Shown here: piece after piece, positions 16,142-25,604 of the stretch | How the letters are laid out: every line of letters starts with the position of its first letter | Numbering within the stretch: position 1 is the first letter of the stretch | Assembly: GCA_046570105.1 (NCBI GenBank) | Contig: JBKHVI010000035.1 | Coordinates: 1-30,492, forward strand | Direction of reading: 5' to 3' | DNA: 30,492 bases | From: Bacteriovoracia bacterium | GTDB lineage: Bacteria > Bdellovibrionota > Bacteriovoracia > Bacteriovoracales > Bacteriovoracaceae | Position numbers and translations under genes: made by a program | Notes under the pieces: generated by a model | What the model saw: the letters and a program-made list of their open reading frames with translations, nothing else | Told to the model about the DNA's origin: nothing | Database searches by the model: none

Positions 16142-17148
16142 TGAAAGCATTCGGTATTGATCAGAAATACTTAGAGCTCCTCGCGAAACTATTCGAAAAG
16201 CATCTTGCTGATATTCCTTCGACAAAAGTGTGGATTTTTGGTTCTCGGGCCAAAGGCAAACAAAGACCCAATTCTGATATTGATTTACTGATCTCTGCTA
16301 AGACAAAAAAAGTTAAAGACAAGATTACTGGGCTTAGTGCGGATCTTAAGGATTCGGATCTTCCTTTTGTTGTCGATATTGTTTATCAGCCAGAATTAGC
16401 TGAAGAGTTCAAAGCAGATGTTCTTAGAACAAGAATGATGTTTTGGAATCCAGAGATGATTAGAAAGAGAACACCCTGGAGAGTTTGTCCACTAGGGCAG
16501 TACTGGGTATCACGACATGATAGACCCTATCCATCTGGCATTTCTGATGTTGATGGATACTGTCGATCATACAAAAAAAATAAAGATATTCTTTTTTTCG
16601 ATGAGATTAGACTAATTGAAAAGACTAAATTGTTTAATGAAGCTTTGCAGCCTAATCCATTTAAATCTAAACCTGACTGGGGAAAAGAATATGATAAAAA
16701 AATTGCAGGCTGGGTTAGATACTGGAACGAAACGTTGGAATTAAAAAATAAAATAGATCCCAATTTGATAAAAGCTCTTATCGCTTCGGAGTCAAGTTTC
16801 AATCCAAGTGCTTATACTAAAAATACTCCCAAGTCGAAGCAAGCAAGAGGCTTAATACAAATCATTCCTGAGACAAGACGAATATTAGGTAATATTAATG
16901 GCGAACTTAAGGATCATTTTGTCGATGCAAAACCAGATGAGTTATTTGATCCTACTGTTTCAATCGCTGCCGGCGTAAGGTGGTTAGTTAGGAAACAGCA
17001 ACTCGCTTCACGTAAATTGAAAAGAGAAGCTACTTGGAAGGAAGCAATACTTGAATACAAAGGGATATTAATGCAAAATCCAAAGAAAGGTAAGAATCCT
17101 GTGATCAGGCAGAGCTTAAATGATCTCTACAGTGATTTAGGTATTTAG
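16141..17148 (+). CDS. Fusion protein: minimal nucleotidyltransferase (MNT) antitoxin + Cys/His linker + SLT lytic transglycosylase domain
   Basis: aa 1-102: G34S-X10-D46ID48 and VD79IV; aa 205-310: IDPNLIKALIASE217SSFNP, ARGLIQI, FDPTVSIAAGVRWL, AILEYKG. TGATG overlap with the HEPN gene. Confidence 0.8.
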   Translation: MKAFGIDQKYLELLAKLFEKHLADIPSTKVWIFGSRAKGKQRPNSDIDLLISAKTKKVKDKITGLSADLKDSDLPFVVDIVYQPELAEEFKADVLRTRMMFWNPEMIRKRTPWRVCPLGQYWVSRHDRPYPSGISDVDGYCRSYKKNKDILFFDEIRLIEKTKLFNEALQPNPFKSKPDWGKEYDKKIAGWVRYWNETLELKNKIDPNLIKALIASESSFNPSAYTKNTPKSKQARGLIQIIPETRRILGNINGELKDHFVDAKPDELFDPTVSIAAGVRWLVRKQQLASRKLKREATWKEAILEYKGILMQNPKKGKNPVIRQSLNDLYSDLGI

Positions 17149-17639
17149 TAAAAAATCTTTTCGATCTCATCCTCCTCTAACCACTGACCTTTAAGCGTTT
17201 TTAGTCGAGAAATATACCATAATTCAAAATCCCCAGTGTGTTTGTGGCGAGGAAGTTGTGCAGCAAAGACACACACATATTTTTCATTTTGAATTAAATC
17301 ATACCATTCATTTATTATTTGGGTTGCGTCCCATTTAAAATAGGGTGTTAATTCGTAATATGCCTGTATATTAAATTTAAATATTCGTAATGAAGGGATA
17401 TCTCTAGGGCCTTGATAATTCAATTGCGTAGTAGTGACTAGTATCCGCTCTACTGGAAAACAATTCCACTCATTAAAACTTGCCCAGAAGTCAAAGTCTG
17501 AAGTTGCTGAATTCATGGCCGGAAAATTACTTGCTTCTATTTCAAGTTCTAAATCCTCCTCATTGAGGATTTGATAAGCATCGATCTGATCTCGAACTGA
17601 TTGCATCTCTAAAAAAAGTGATAAAAATATTTCACCCAT
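17145..17639 (-). CDS. AT-rich acidic hypothetical protein convergent with the MNT-SLT gene
   Basis: Open frame with a GGGGGG SD-like run before ATG 17639; stop codons interlock in TTAG at 17145-17148. Confidence 0.65.
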   Translation of the reverse strand: MGEIFLSLFLEMQSVRDQIDAYQILNEEDLELEIEASNFPAMNSATSDFDFWASFNEWNCFPVERILVTTTQLNYQGPRDIPSLRIFKFNIQAYYELTPYFKWDATQIINEWYDLIQNEKYVCVFAAQLPRHKHTGDFELWYISRLKTLKGQWLEEDEIEKIFY

Positions 17640-17716
17640 ATTTCCCCCCAAGGAAAGTATGGAATCGAGATTGCATAATAAATTAGATAAAAGAAAGCTC
17701 TAAGAGGTTGCGGGTT

Positions 17717-20700
17717 CTAAGTTAAGAGCATCGAGAAATCGTCTTTCGTCAATTTCCCACTAAAGTATTCATCATCATCCTCGGCCATCAAATCACGGAA
17801 CAATTCGCGTTTGGCCTGCTGGAGAGTCAGAACTTTTTCTTCCACAGAATTTTTCATGAGTGGACGATAAACCGTCAGTTTATTTTCTTGTCCGATACGG
17901 TGAGCTCGGTCAACTGCTTGGCGTTCAACGGCTGGGTTCCACCATGGATCCATCAAGAAAATATAAGAAGCGGCGGTGAGGTTCAAACCGAAACCACCGG
18001 CCTTCAAGCTAATTAAGAATACTTGCGCATCACCTTCTTGGAACAGCTCCACTTGCTCAGTACGCTTCTTAATGGTTTGTGAACCATCAATACGGGCGTA
18101 CTTCCAGCTGTTGGCGCGGATCTTGTCTTGGATGATGTCGAGATATGTGGTGAACTGCGAGAACACCAAAACCTTGTGACCTTCTTCCATCAACTGAGAA
18201 AGATTATCCATCAAGAAATCAACCTTGGTGGAATAGAGGCTTGGTCCTTGCTTCTGCCACAGACACATCTGACGAAGCTCTAAAAGTGATTTTAAGACTT
18301 CACCATAGCGCTTGGTAAATGTTGGATTCACCATCTGTGAGCGCACCAAATCGAGACGCTTCTGATAGTTCTCACGCTCAATATCCGTGAAATCGAGGAA
18401 CACATGGTTTTCAATTTTTTCTGGCAACTCTTTTAGAACTTGCTCTTTAGTACGACGAAGAATGAATGGCTTAACTGTACGACGAGCGAGGAGACGATTT
18501 TTGGCTTTGGAGCTTGAGCGCACTAAAGACATATCACCCCAAACACCGGGAACACACAAATCCATAATATTGTAGAATTCGGCGAGATCGTTTTCTACTG
18601 GCGTACCTGTCAAACAGATACGGAATTTAGCTTTAAGTTGGCGAGCGGCATTGGCGCCAAGGCTTCGGATGTTTTTTAGATGCTGAACTTCATCAAAAAT
18701 AATGATGTCGAAATCTTCACGCGCAAAAGCTCCCAGAGATTCTTTTTTCATTAGGCCGTAGCTGGTGAGCACGACTTGTGTTTCTTCCGGGATTTCACGC
18801 TCTTCGCCGTAGAAAATTCCCCACTTAAGATTAGAGAATTTTTCTAATTCGTTTTTCCAGTTATAAAGAATCGAAACCGGACAAATGATAATGGCGCGCT
18901 TAATTTTGCCTTCATCCATGAGGGATTGCAGCAGCATGATGGTCTGGAGTGTTTTACCTAGACCCATATCATCAGCTAGACACGCACCAAAACCGTGATC
19001 CCATAAGAAGCGCAGCCACTGGAAGCCAGTGGTTTGATAAGGACGAGCAATTTCTTGATAGCGTTTCGGCAGCTCAACTTGCGGCATCGATTCAAGATTC
19101 ATGATCTGCTCACAGAAGGCTTCTTCTTCTTTGGTGAGTGCGCCATCGACACCGAGACGCTTGAGTTCAAATAACTCAAAGACGCGGGCGCGGTGGAGAG
19201 TCAGACCAAAGCGGCGCATGCCAGGGGCACCGCCTTCTTTTTTCTCACCCTCAAGTTTCGTATAGCGCTTCATAAAGCGCAGCAGATCTTTTTCTTGGTC
19301 GGTCAAAAGCACGAGACCGTTTTCAGTGAGAATATAGTTATCAGTGATCTCGGCACTACGAATGACTTCAAGATCCTCATCACTAATGACTAGATCAAGC
19401 TCAAACCAGTCGAGGCGTCTTTGATTGCGCTCGAAACGAATGGCGCTCTTCCAATTACGAACCGCCACATCGTTGTACATGAGAGGAATACTGAGAGCTA
19501 AGAGACGTGTATGTAGCGCTGAAACACCTTCGAGCAGAGTGTTCTTCGGAAGCTGCATTATGATCTTGCGCTCTTCTGGTGGAGAGAAAACTGTGCGCCA
19601 GACTTGCTCTGTTAAAGTATCTAAGAGCGCCAGCATGACTTTTTTAAACATGCTGGTTGAAAGCGTGTAGAAAGCGCGATGATGGGAATCCCAAAAAGGA
19701 ACATCTGAATCATTGATGACGACATCAACCCAATCCTGGATACGCTGTTTTTGACTGGCGCCGTGCAGGTGCTTGCGATGGATGAGAGTTTCGCGGCCAA
19801 AGTCTTCTACCAGATGATGGTAGAAGGTACTTGAATCATTTTTAGTTCTGAAGCTTCCGCCCCAACCACCTTCCGTCACGAAAATCTTGAATGGCTCCGG
19901 TGGTTCAACTAAACGATTCAACTCATCAGTCAGCTCAATTTGCAGATTAAGAAAACTTTTGCGAGTCGAAGGCATGATACCAAAACGGATTTGCACCGGT
20001 TGTGGCACGATCTGTTTCCAGTCCATACCTTCCAAGCGCAAATCAAGAATATCTTTGTCGCGTGTTTCTTTAAAAATACGCAGCCATTCATTTACGCTGA
20101 GCCATGGATCGAGTTGTTTGACTCGTTTCATGGTTTCCATTAATTCATGAGGCAGATCAAGAGCGACGCCTGTGCGCCAGTTAAAAACAGTGAAAACGTC
20201 GAAGAGTGAAATGTCTTTTGACTCTACACCTTGCTCATCTTTCCAGCTAAAGCAGGCGATATGCTTACCTTGCGCGCTGGGTAGGTCTTTAAGATTTTCT
20301 TCTTCAGAAGTTGGAACTAAATCCACAACGAGAGTCCCGCTCCACTTAATAGGAGCAGGGTAGGTCACGACTTTGCGATTTAATAATTGATAGCTGACTG
20401 AACCAAAAGTTGAACTTGGTTTGGCACCTTGCAGATAAGAGGCCTGCTTAACCATCATACCCATGTGAACGGGTGTTACGCCCTCGCCAAAGAAACTAGG
20501 TCCTGAAGTTGTTTTGAGCTTTTTGTCTGCTCCAGCGGCAGAGAATTGTTGCCAGCGAAACCACAGAGCGGCGCCATGAACACAGGTGCCTTCTTGCGGC
20601 CAGAGTGGACAGTTGCATTTCGCTTGAAAGACTTGTCCTTCTTTGCGCCAAGTGAATTTAGTCTCGTAAGTGGTATTGTTGTCGCCCACGATGCCAGAGA

Positions 20701-20830
20701 CGACTAAGTGAACGTCGAGCTGGCCTTTGATGAAGGAGAGTGACACTCGACCCAGCTCAACCAGCTTGCGCGCTTGAAAGCGCACACTGTCGCTATAGCC
20801 CGCTTCAACCAGGGCCGAGACTTCGCTCAT
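17717..20830 (-). CDS. SWIM zinc finger-SNF2 family helicase/ATPase
   Basis: SWIM CNC...CVH; LADDMGLGKT, DEVQ, TGTP.EN, SLKAGGFGLNL and DPWWNPAVE.QA.DRAHRIGQ motifs. ATG 20830 preferred over TTG 20851. Confidence 0.92.
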   Translation of the reverse strand: MSEVSALVEAGYSDSVRFQARKLVELGRVSLSFIKGQLDVHLVVSGIVGDNNTTYETKFTWRKEGQVFQAKCNCPLWPQEGTCVHGAALWFRWQQFSAAGADKKLKTTSGPSFFGEGVTPVHMGMMVKQASYLQGAKPSSTFGSVSYQLLNRKVVTYPAPIKWSGTLVVDLVPTSEEENLKDLPSAQGKHIACFSWKDEQGVESKDISLFDVFTVFNWRTGVALDLPHELMETMKRVKQLDPWLSVNEWLRIFKETRDKDILDLRLEGMDWKQIVPQPVQIRFGIMPSTRKSFLNLQIELTDELNRLVEPPEPFKIFVTEGGWGGSFRTKNDSSTFYHHLVEDFGRETLIHRKHLHGASQKQRIQDWVDVVINDSDVPFWDSHHRAFYTLSTSMFKKVMLALLDTLTEQVWRTVFSPPEERKIIMQLPKNTLLEGVSALHTRLLALSIPLMYNDVAVRNWKSAIRFERNQRRLDWFELDLVISDEDLEVIRSAEITDNYILTENGLVLLTDQEKDLLRFMKRYTKLEGEKKEGGAPGMRRFGLTLHRARVFELFELKRLGVDGALTKEEEAFCEQIMNLESMPQVELPKRYQEIARPYQTTGFQWLRFLWDHGFGACLADDMGLGKTLQTIMLLQSLMDEGKIKRAIIICPVSILYNWKNELEKFSNLKWGIFYGEEREIPEETQVVLTSYGLMKKESLGAFAREDFDIIIFDEVQHLKNIRSLGANAARQLKAKFRICLTGTPVENDLAEFYNIMDLCVPGVWGDMSLVRSSSKAKNRLLARRTVKPFILRRTKEQVLKELPEKIENHVFLDFTDIERENYQKRLDLVRSQMVNPTFTKRYGEVLKSLLELRQMCLWQKQGPSLYSTKVDFLMDNLSQLMEEGHKVLVFSQFTTYLDIIQDKIRANSWKYARIDGSQTIKKRTEQVELFQEGDAQVFLISLKAGGFGLNLTAASYIFLMDPWWNPAVERQAVDRAHRIGQENKLTVYRPLMKNSVEEKVLTLQQAKRELFRDLMAEDDDEYFSGKLTKDDFSMLLT

Positions 20831-21116
20831 AATGTCGGGTGTATCACTCAAAAGTTTAATCCTGCGCTGCGTTTAAAAGAATTAAGCATACAGGAAAAAG
20901 CTCGATCTGGCGTTAGAAAAAGCCGGGAAGTTATCAAATTCAACCATCTCATCCTGGCGCAGAGATTCGTTAATACCCAATAGTAGGTGCCAGGATGAAT
21001 TCATGTTTCTAGTAGAAAGCTTGAGGCGTCCTCAAGTCATATTTTGAATTTAAAAATAAGCTTTGAGCTTCGGACTTTATGGTTGAATTTGAGATTACTT
21101 AAATTGAAAAATGAGC

Positions 21117-21144
21117 AAAAAAAAGGGAGCCGAAGCTCCCTTTT
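21117..21144 (-). terminator. Rho-independent terminator of rpoD
   Basis: Minus strand GGGAGC-TTCG-GCTCCC-T8 (UUCG tetraloop). Confidence 0.92.
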
Positions 21145-21150
21145 AAAAGA

Positions 21151-22890
21151 CTAGTTATCGAGATAACTCTTCAAAAGTTTCGCACGACTTGGGTGGCGAA
21201 GCTTTCTAAGCGCCTTGGCTTCGATCTGACGGATACGTTCGCGAGTAACGAAGAAGTCCTGACCCACTTCTTCCAAAGTGTGGTCTGATTTTTCGCCGAT
21301 ACCAAAACGCATGCGAAGGACTTTTTCTTCACGTGGAGTGAGTGTCGAGAGAACAGAGCGAGTCTGTTCAGACAAGGTGATCGACATGACAGCTTCTGCT
21401 GGGCTGATGATCTTTTTGTCTTCGATAAAATCACCCAATGAAGAATCTTCTTCTTCACCGATCGGAGTCTCAAGAGAGATAGGTTCTTTCGAGATCTTGA
21501 AGACCTTCTTCACCTTATCAACCGAGAGTTCCATACGATCTGCAATCTCTTCCGGAGTTGGTTCGCGACCAAGCTCTTGAACGAGTTGACGTGAGGTACG
21601 AGCAAGCTTGTTGATGGTTTCGATCATGTGAACTGGGATACGGATCGTGCGGCCCTGGTCAGCAATCGCACGTGTGATTGCCTGACGAATCCACCATGTC
21701 GCATAAGTTGAGAACTTATAACCACGACGGTATTCGAACTTATCAACGGCTTTCATCAAACCGATGTTTCCTTCCTGGATCAAGTCCAAGAACTGAAGAC
21801 CACGGTTGGTGTATTTCTTCGAGATTGAAACCACGAGACGAAGGTTAGCTTCCACCAATTGAGCTTTGGCTTTATCGGCTTTCTCTTCACCTGTGATGAT
21901 AATGTTGTACACGCGCTCGATATCTTCAAACGCCATACCGGCATCAATCACTAAGCGGCGAAGCTTACGAAGGATATCTTCCTGCGTACGGATCATCTGC
22001 TCGATCTTCGCGTCTGTAGTGTAGAGCTTACGAGCGAGTTCACGCTTGAAAGCATCGTCTTCCAAAAGACGCTCGAACATCACACGGTATTCTTCGTCGT
22101 TTGGTACTTCGAGGAATTTGTAGATACGTTCTTGTTGCTCATAGAGTTCACGGAACTGAAGGTAGTAGCTCTTTACCGGTTCAGTGAAGCTGTTGATGAT
22201 CTTACGGTTGAAGGTAAGGTCAACGAGTTCGTTACCGACTTTATCCATTGTGCCAGTTTCATCAGCTGATAACTTTTTAAGTGTTCCGTCTTCGTTAACG
22301 ATAACACCCAAGAGGTCACGGACGTGATCAACGACTTTGTAGATACGCTCGCGAACATCGTGAATATCTTTTTCAGGTGATTCGTCATCCAAACCACGCA
22401 CGAGATCTTTCACGTATTCGTTTTGCTCTTCAGCTTGCTGAATCTTCGGCTTCATCTTCACGATCTCTTCAAGAGCGTGTTTAGACTTCAAGCACGAGAG
22501 AACGATTTCTTTTTCGCCCTCTTCGATTTCTTTAGCAATTTTCACTTCGCCTTCGCGAGTGAGAAGGGCGACTGAGCCCATTTTTTTCAAGTATAATTTA
22601 ACTGGGTCAGATGAAGAGGTACGAAGCTCTTCTTCTTCGGCAGCAGCCAGTGGATCTTCCACCACTTCAGGTTGTGCCTTCTCTGCTTCCTCTTCGTCAG
22701 TCTCAGGAGCACGAACGATGATACGAGCTTCATCGATCTTTTCCATGATCATGTCGATAGAGTAAACATCAACGATACTCGCCGGAATGGCGTCGTTGAT
22801 TTCTTCTGGTGTGAGATAAGTTTGATCCTTACCTTTCATCAGGAGACGAGAGAATTCTTTTGAGTTCAGAAATGCGACGACTACCGACAT
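21151..22890 (-). CDS. rpoD: RNA polymerase primary sigma factor
   Basis: Region 1.1, [53 protein letters not shown] and [17 protein letters not shown]. Confidence 0.98.
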   Translation of the reverse strand: MSVVVAFLNSKEFSRLLMKGKDQTYLTPEEINDAIPASIVDVYSIDMIMEKIDEARIIVRAPETDEEEAEKAQPEVVEDPLAAAEEEELRTSSSDPVKLYLKKMGSVALLTREGEVKIAKEIEEGEKEIVLSCLKSKHALEEIVKMKPKIQQAEEQNEYVKDLVRGLDDESPEKDIHDVRERIYKVVDHVRDLLGVIVNEDGTLKKLSADETGTMDKVGNELVDLTFNRKIINSFTEPVKSYYLQFRELYEQQERIYKFLEVPNDEEYRVMFERLLEDDAFKRELARKLYTTDAKIEQMIRTQEDILRKLRRLVIDAGMAFEDIERVYNIIITGEEKADKAKAQLVEANLRLVVSISKKYTNRGLQFLDLIQEGNIGLMKAVDKFEYRRGYKFSTYATWWIRQAITRAIADQGRTIRIPVHMIETINKLARTSRQLVQELGREPTPEEIADRMELSVDKVKKVFKISKEPISLETPIGEEEDSSLGDFIEDKKIISPAEAVMSITLSEQTRSVLSTLTPREEKVLRMRFGIGEKSDHTLEEVGQDFFVTRERIRQIEAKALRKLRHPSRAKLLKSYLDN

Positions 22891-22910
22891 TCGGATTCTC
22901 CTCGACGAGA

Positions 22911-24800
22911 TTAAACGGGATTCTTTTTCAATTCTTGCAGTTCGCGGTCAATTCTAGTGATCTCTTGCATGTAGAATACGACCTCTTCCTGCGTCTGACT
23001 TTGTTTCTGGCGTTCAGTGCTCTCACGTCGCTTTTGCTTTAACTGCTCAAGCTGCATGCGCACCTTCATATCTTGCATCAACCGGGCGATGACTTTGTCA
23101 TTCAACGGCTCGAGTTTATAAAGTTCGAGGGCCTCAGCTGCTACGTTCTTAACTTCATGCCCGAACTTCTCCGAAAATACTTCGTCGGATAAGATGGACA
23201 CGTATTCTTGCTCGTCAATTTCCAAATAAATTTTACCGAGCCAAAGAATTAATTCTTTTACCTCAGGATGAGACGTATAAGCAAGAATTTCATGGAGTTG
23301 CGGTAGAGCGAGACACTCTGGGTGAGTCATCAAAGTTTTCAGTAAGAGCTTTTCACTGGCGAGCATCGGCGGCGTTTCTGTTTTTGCCAAGGGTGCTTCA
23401 ATCGCGCTGACTTGAATCTCAGTGGACTCACTCGCGTCATCCGCTTTATTTTCAGTCGCTTGAGGTGCAGGACGGACCTCGCGTTTGGGATATTCCTGGG
23501 CCTTGAGCGTTTGTTTGTACTGCTCGATCAGACTTGAGTCATCGGTTCTGAGCTGAAGCGCTTTGGCGGTGGCGATAACGCGCTCTGTCGCTTCGAGATG
23601 ATCTTTCAGGGGAGAAAGGGCCTCAAAAACCTCTTTCATGACCTGCAACTTGCGATCAATGGTTTCAGGAATTGGCACCGGTAGCATCTTTTCCAGCAGC
23701 ACATCGATGAAGCGCGGAGCTTTTTCAATCCGCTCCAATAGGCCTAGTCGGCCTAATCCTGGCTGGCGAAGAAATTCATCGGGATCTTTCGCGGGCTCGA
23801 AGGAAACATAACGAGGTAAAACACCTTGGGCCATAAAGGCTGCATTGATACTCGTCATCGCCTTCATGCCAGCGGTATCAGAATCCATCGCCAAAATTAT
23901 ATTCTTGGTCATATTGGCGAGCAGCTTCTGTGATGATTCACTGAGAGCAATCCCCATGGTGCCAACAGTATTTTTAAAACCATACTGATGCATCATCACT
24001 ACATCCATATTGCCTTCCACTAAAATCGCCATATCACTTTGGCGAATAGCATTTTTGGCAAGGAAGTACCCAAAGAGGATGCTCGCCTTATGGAAAACAA
24101 ATGAGTCACTGGAATTCAAAAATTTAGGATTTTGATCGGGCAAAACCGAGCGACAACTAAAACCGCGCACCTGTCCTGAGTGATCGTGAATGGGAAATAC
24201 CACACGATCACGATAGAAATCATAGGGACGACCGTGATTTTCTGAGACCTTCACGAGATTTAATTCGCGCGCCATCTGTTTGGCTTCATCTTGTTGGGCT
24301 TCGGGAATTTTATCAAATTGCAACATCAGCTGATTATTTCCAGGAGCATAACCGATCTGAAATTCAGTGATGGATTCAGTCGAGAGTCCACGCTTCTCGA
24401 CGAACTTTTGAAAGTGCATGGGATTTTGTGCCGCTACATGGGTGTAGAGACGATTAGCAAAATTTAAAACGCGAAAGGCGAGTTCTAGGCGTGGATTCTT
24501 TTTTCTCTCACGATTGAGTTCATCTTCGGGAAGACCCAAAATCTTAGCGCACTCGCGCATCGACTCGATGAAATCTAATTTGCGATAAAGTTTTACAAAC
24601 TCAAGATGATCTCCACCCGTGTTACAGGCCCAGCAGCGAAAAAGACCGAGCTTATCATTCACTGTCATGGAAGGTTTTGAGTCAGCATGAAACGGGCACA
24701 GGCCCACGAGTCCACTGCCGCTTCGTTTAAGCGGAATGAAGTGTCCCACGATCATGGAGATCGGTGACTGCTTGATGAGGTCACGCAGTTGGCCTGACAT
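22911..24800 (-). CDS. dnaG: DNA primase
   Basis: CPFH...CWAC zinc finger, RVVFPI, TOPRIM VEGNMDV, DSDTAG and KDPDE; directly upstream of rpoD. Confidence 0.95.
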   Translation of the reverse strand: MSGQLRDLIKQSPISMIVGHFIPLKRSGSGLVGLCPFHADSKPSMTVNDKLGLFRCWACNTGGDHLEFVKLYRKLDFIESMRECAKILGLPEDELNRERKKNPRLELAFRVLNFANRLYTHVAAQNPMHFQKFVEKRGLSTESITEFQIGYAPGNNQLMLQFDKIPEAQQDEAKQMARELNLVKVSENHGRPYDFYRDRVVFPIHDHSGQVRGFSCRSVLPDQNPKFLNSSDSFVFHKASILFGYFLAKNAIRQSDMAILVEGNMDVVMMHQYGFKNTVGTMGIALSESSQKLLANMTKNIILAMDSDTAGMKAMTSINAAFMAQGVLPRYVSFEPAKDPDEFLRQPGLGRLGLLERIEKAPRFIDVLLEKMLPVPIPETIDRKLQVMKEVFEALSPLKDHLEATERVIATAKALQLRTDDSSLIEQYKQTLKAQEYPKREVRPAPQATENKADDASESTEIQVSAIEAPLAKTETPPMLASEKLLLKTLMTHPECLALPQLHEILAYTSHPEVKELILWLGKIYLEIDEQEYVSILSDEVFSEKFGHEVKNVAAEALELYKLEPLNDKVIARLMQDMKVRMQLEQLKQKRRESTERQKQSQTQEEVVFYMQEITRIDRELQELKKNPV

Positions 24801-24807
24801 GAATTCC

Positions 24808-25515
24808 TTATTTCTTTTTGAGCTCTAGCGCCTTGATCAATGTACCTTGAGAGAGAAAGATTTTCTCGAATTTGGTGGTGTAGGCGGCCAAAAAATGCTC
24901 TGGGTGCTCGCGTCGTAGATCTAGTGATTTCAACACTATTTCGAAGCGCGTCTCATTTTTTAGCTCATTGAGCATCCATTCAAAGTAGCCGTCGTGATCG
25001 GTTTTGACCCACAAGGTACCATTTGGCTTGAGCACTTTGTGAGCAGCATCAAGGAAAGGTTTTTGGAATAAACGCTTTTTGAAGTGACGAGTTTTGGGCC
25101 ATGGATCGGGAAAGAAGTAAAAAATATTACTGACTTCTGCCTCACCAAAAATAAATTCTAAGCGCTCACCGCGGCCGCGCAGATAACGAAAGTTTTTATT
25201 GGTGATCTTGTCGAGTTTCTTGGCGAGATGAAAACTGCGCTTGAAACGGTGATCAAGGCCCACGAAATTTTCCGTCGGATTGTTGCCACACCACTCAAGC
25301 ATGAATTCGCCGTAGCCAGTACCAATTTCAACATTGAGTGCTTGTTCGTTACCAAAAACGTCTTTCCATTTACCACGATGAATTTCGGCTTCTTCATCCC
25401 GCATGACAAAAGCCTCAAAGGCCTTGAGCTTGTCGTGATACGGATTATCCTTCGCGTACTTATTAAAGTCTTCGCGGTAGATATGGTTCTGCGACATTGA
25501 CGAGTTTTGTGTCAT
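24808..25515 (-). CDS. trmB: tRNA (guanine-N7)-methyltransferase
   Basis: EIGTGYG, FPDPWPK.RH.KKRL, KTDH and TKFE motifs. Confidence 0.92.
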   Translation of the reverse strand: MTQNSSMSQNHIYREDFNKYAKDNPYHDKLKAFEAFVMRDEEAEIHRGKWKDVFGNEQALNVEIGTGYGEFMLEWCGNNPTENFVGLDHRFKRSFHLAKKLDKITNKNFRYLRGRGERLEFIFGEAEVSNIFYFFPDPWPKTRHFKKRLFQKPFLDAAHKVLKPNGTLWVKTDHDGYFEWMLNELKNETRFEIVLKSLDLRREHPEHFLAAYTTKFEKIFLSQGTLIKALELKKK

Positions 25516-25560
25516 AGGGGAGCGGTTTTAGCAGACGGGAGAGGGGATGCCAAGGACGAG

Positions 25561-25591
25561 AAACAAAAAGAGGGCCCCTTGCGGAGCCCTC
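25561..25591 (-). terminator. Rho-independent terminator of flagellin
   Basis: Minus strand GAGGGCTCC-GCAA-GGGGCCCTC-TTTTTGTTT (GNRA loop). Confidence 0.9.
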
Positions 25592-25604
25592 AGTTTAGTT
25601 ACGA

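Noticed and set aside
15720..17716. Prophage or integrative element explaining the SLT domain
   Set aside because: No integrase, transposase, phage structural genes, tRNA target or convincing flanking direct repeat found by eye.
17717..20830. SNF2 helicase as a component of the adjacent island or a DISARM/BREX/Zorya-type system
   Set aside because: Standard SWIM-SNF2 architecture with genome-like composition next to rpoD; no methylase or nuclease partners.
20852..21150. tRNA downstream of rpoD, as in many bacteria
   Set aside because: No GTTCRANYC T-loop, cloverleaf or CCA end on either strand.
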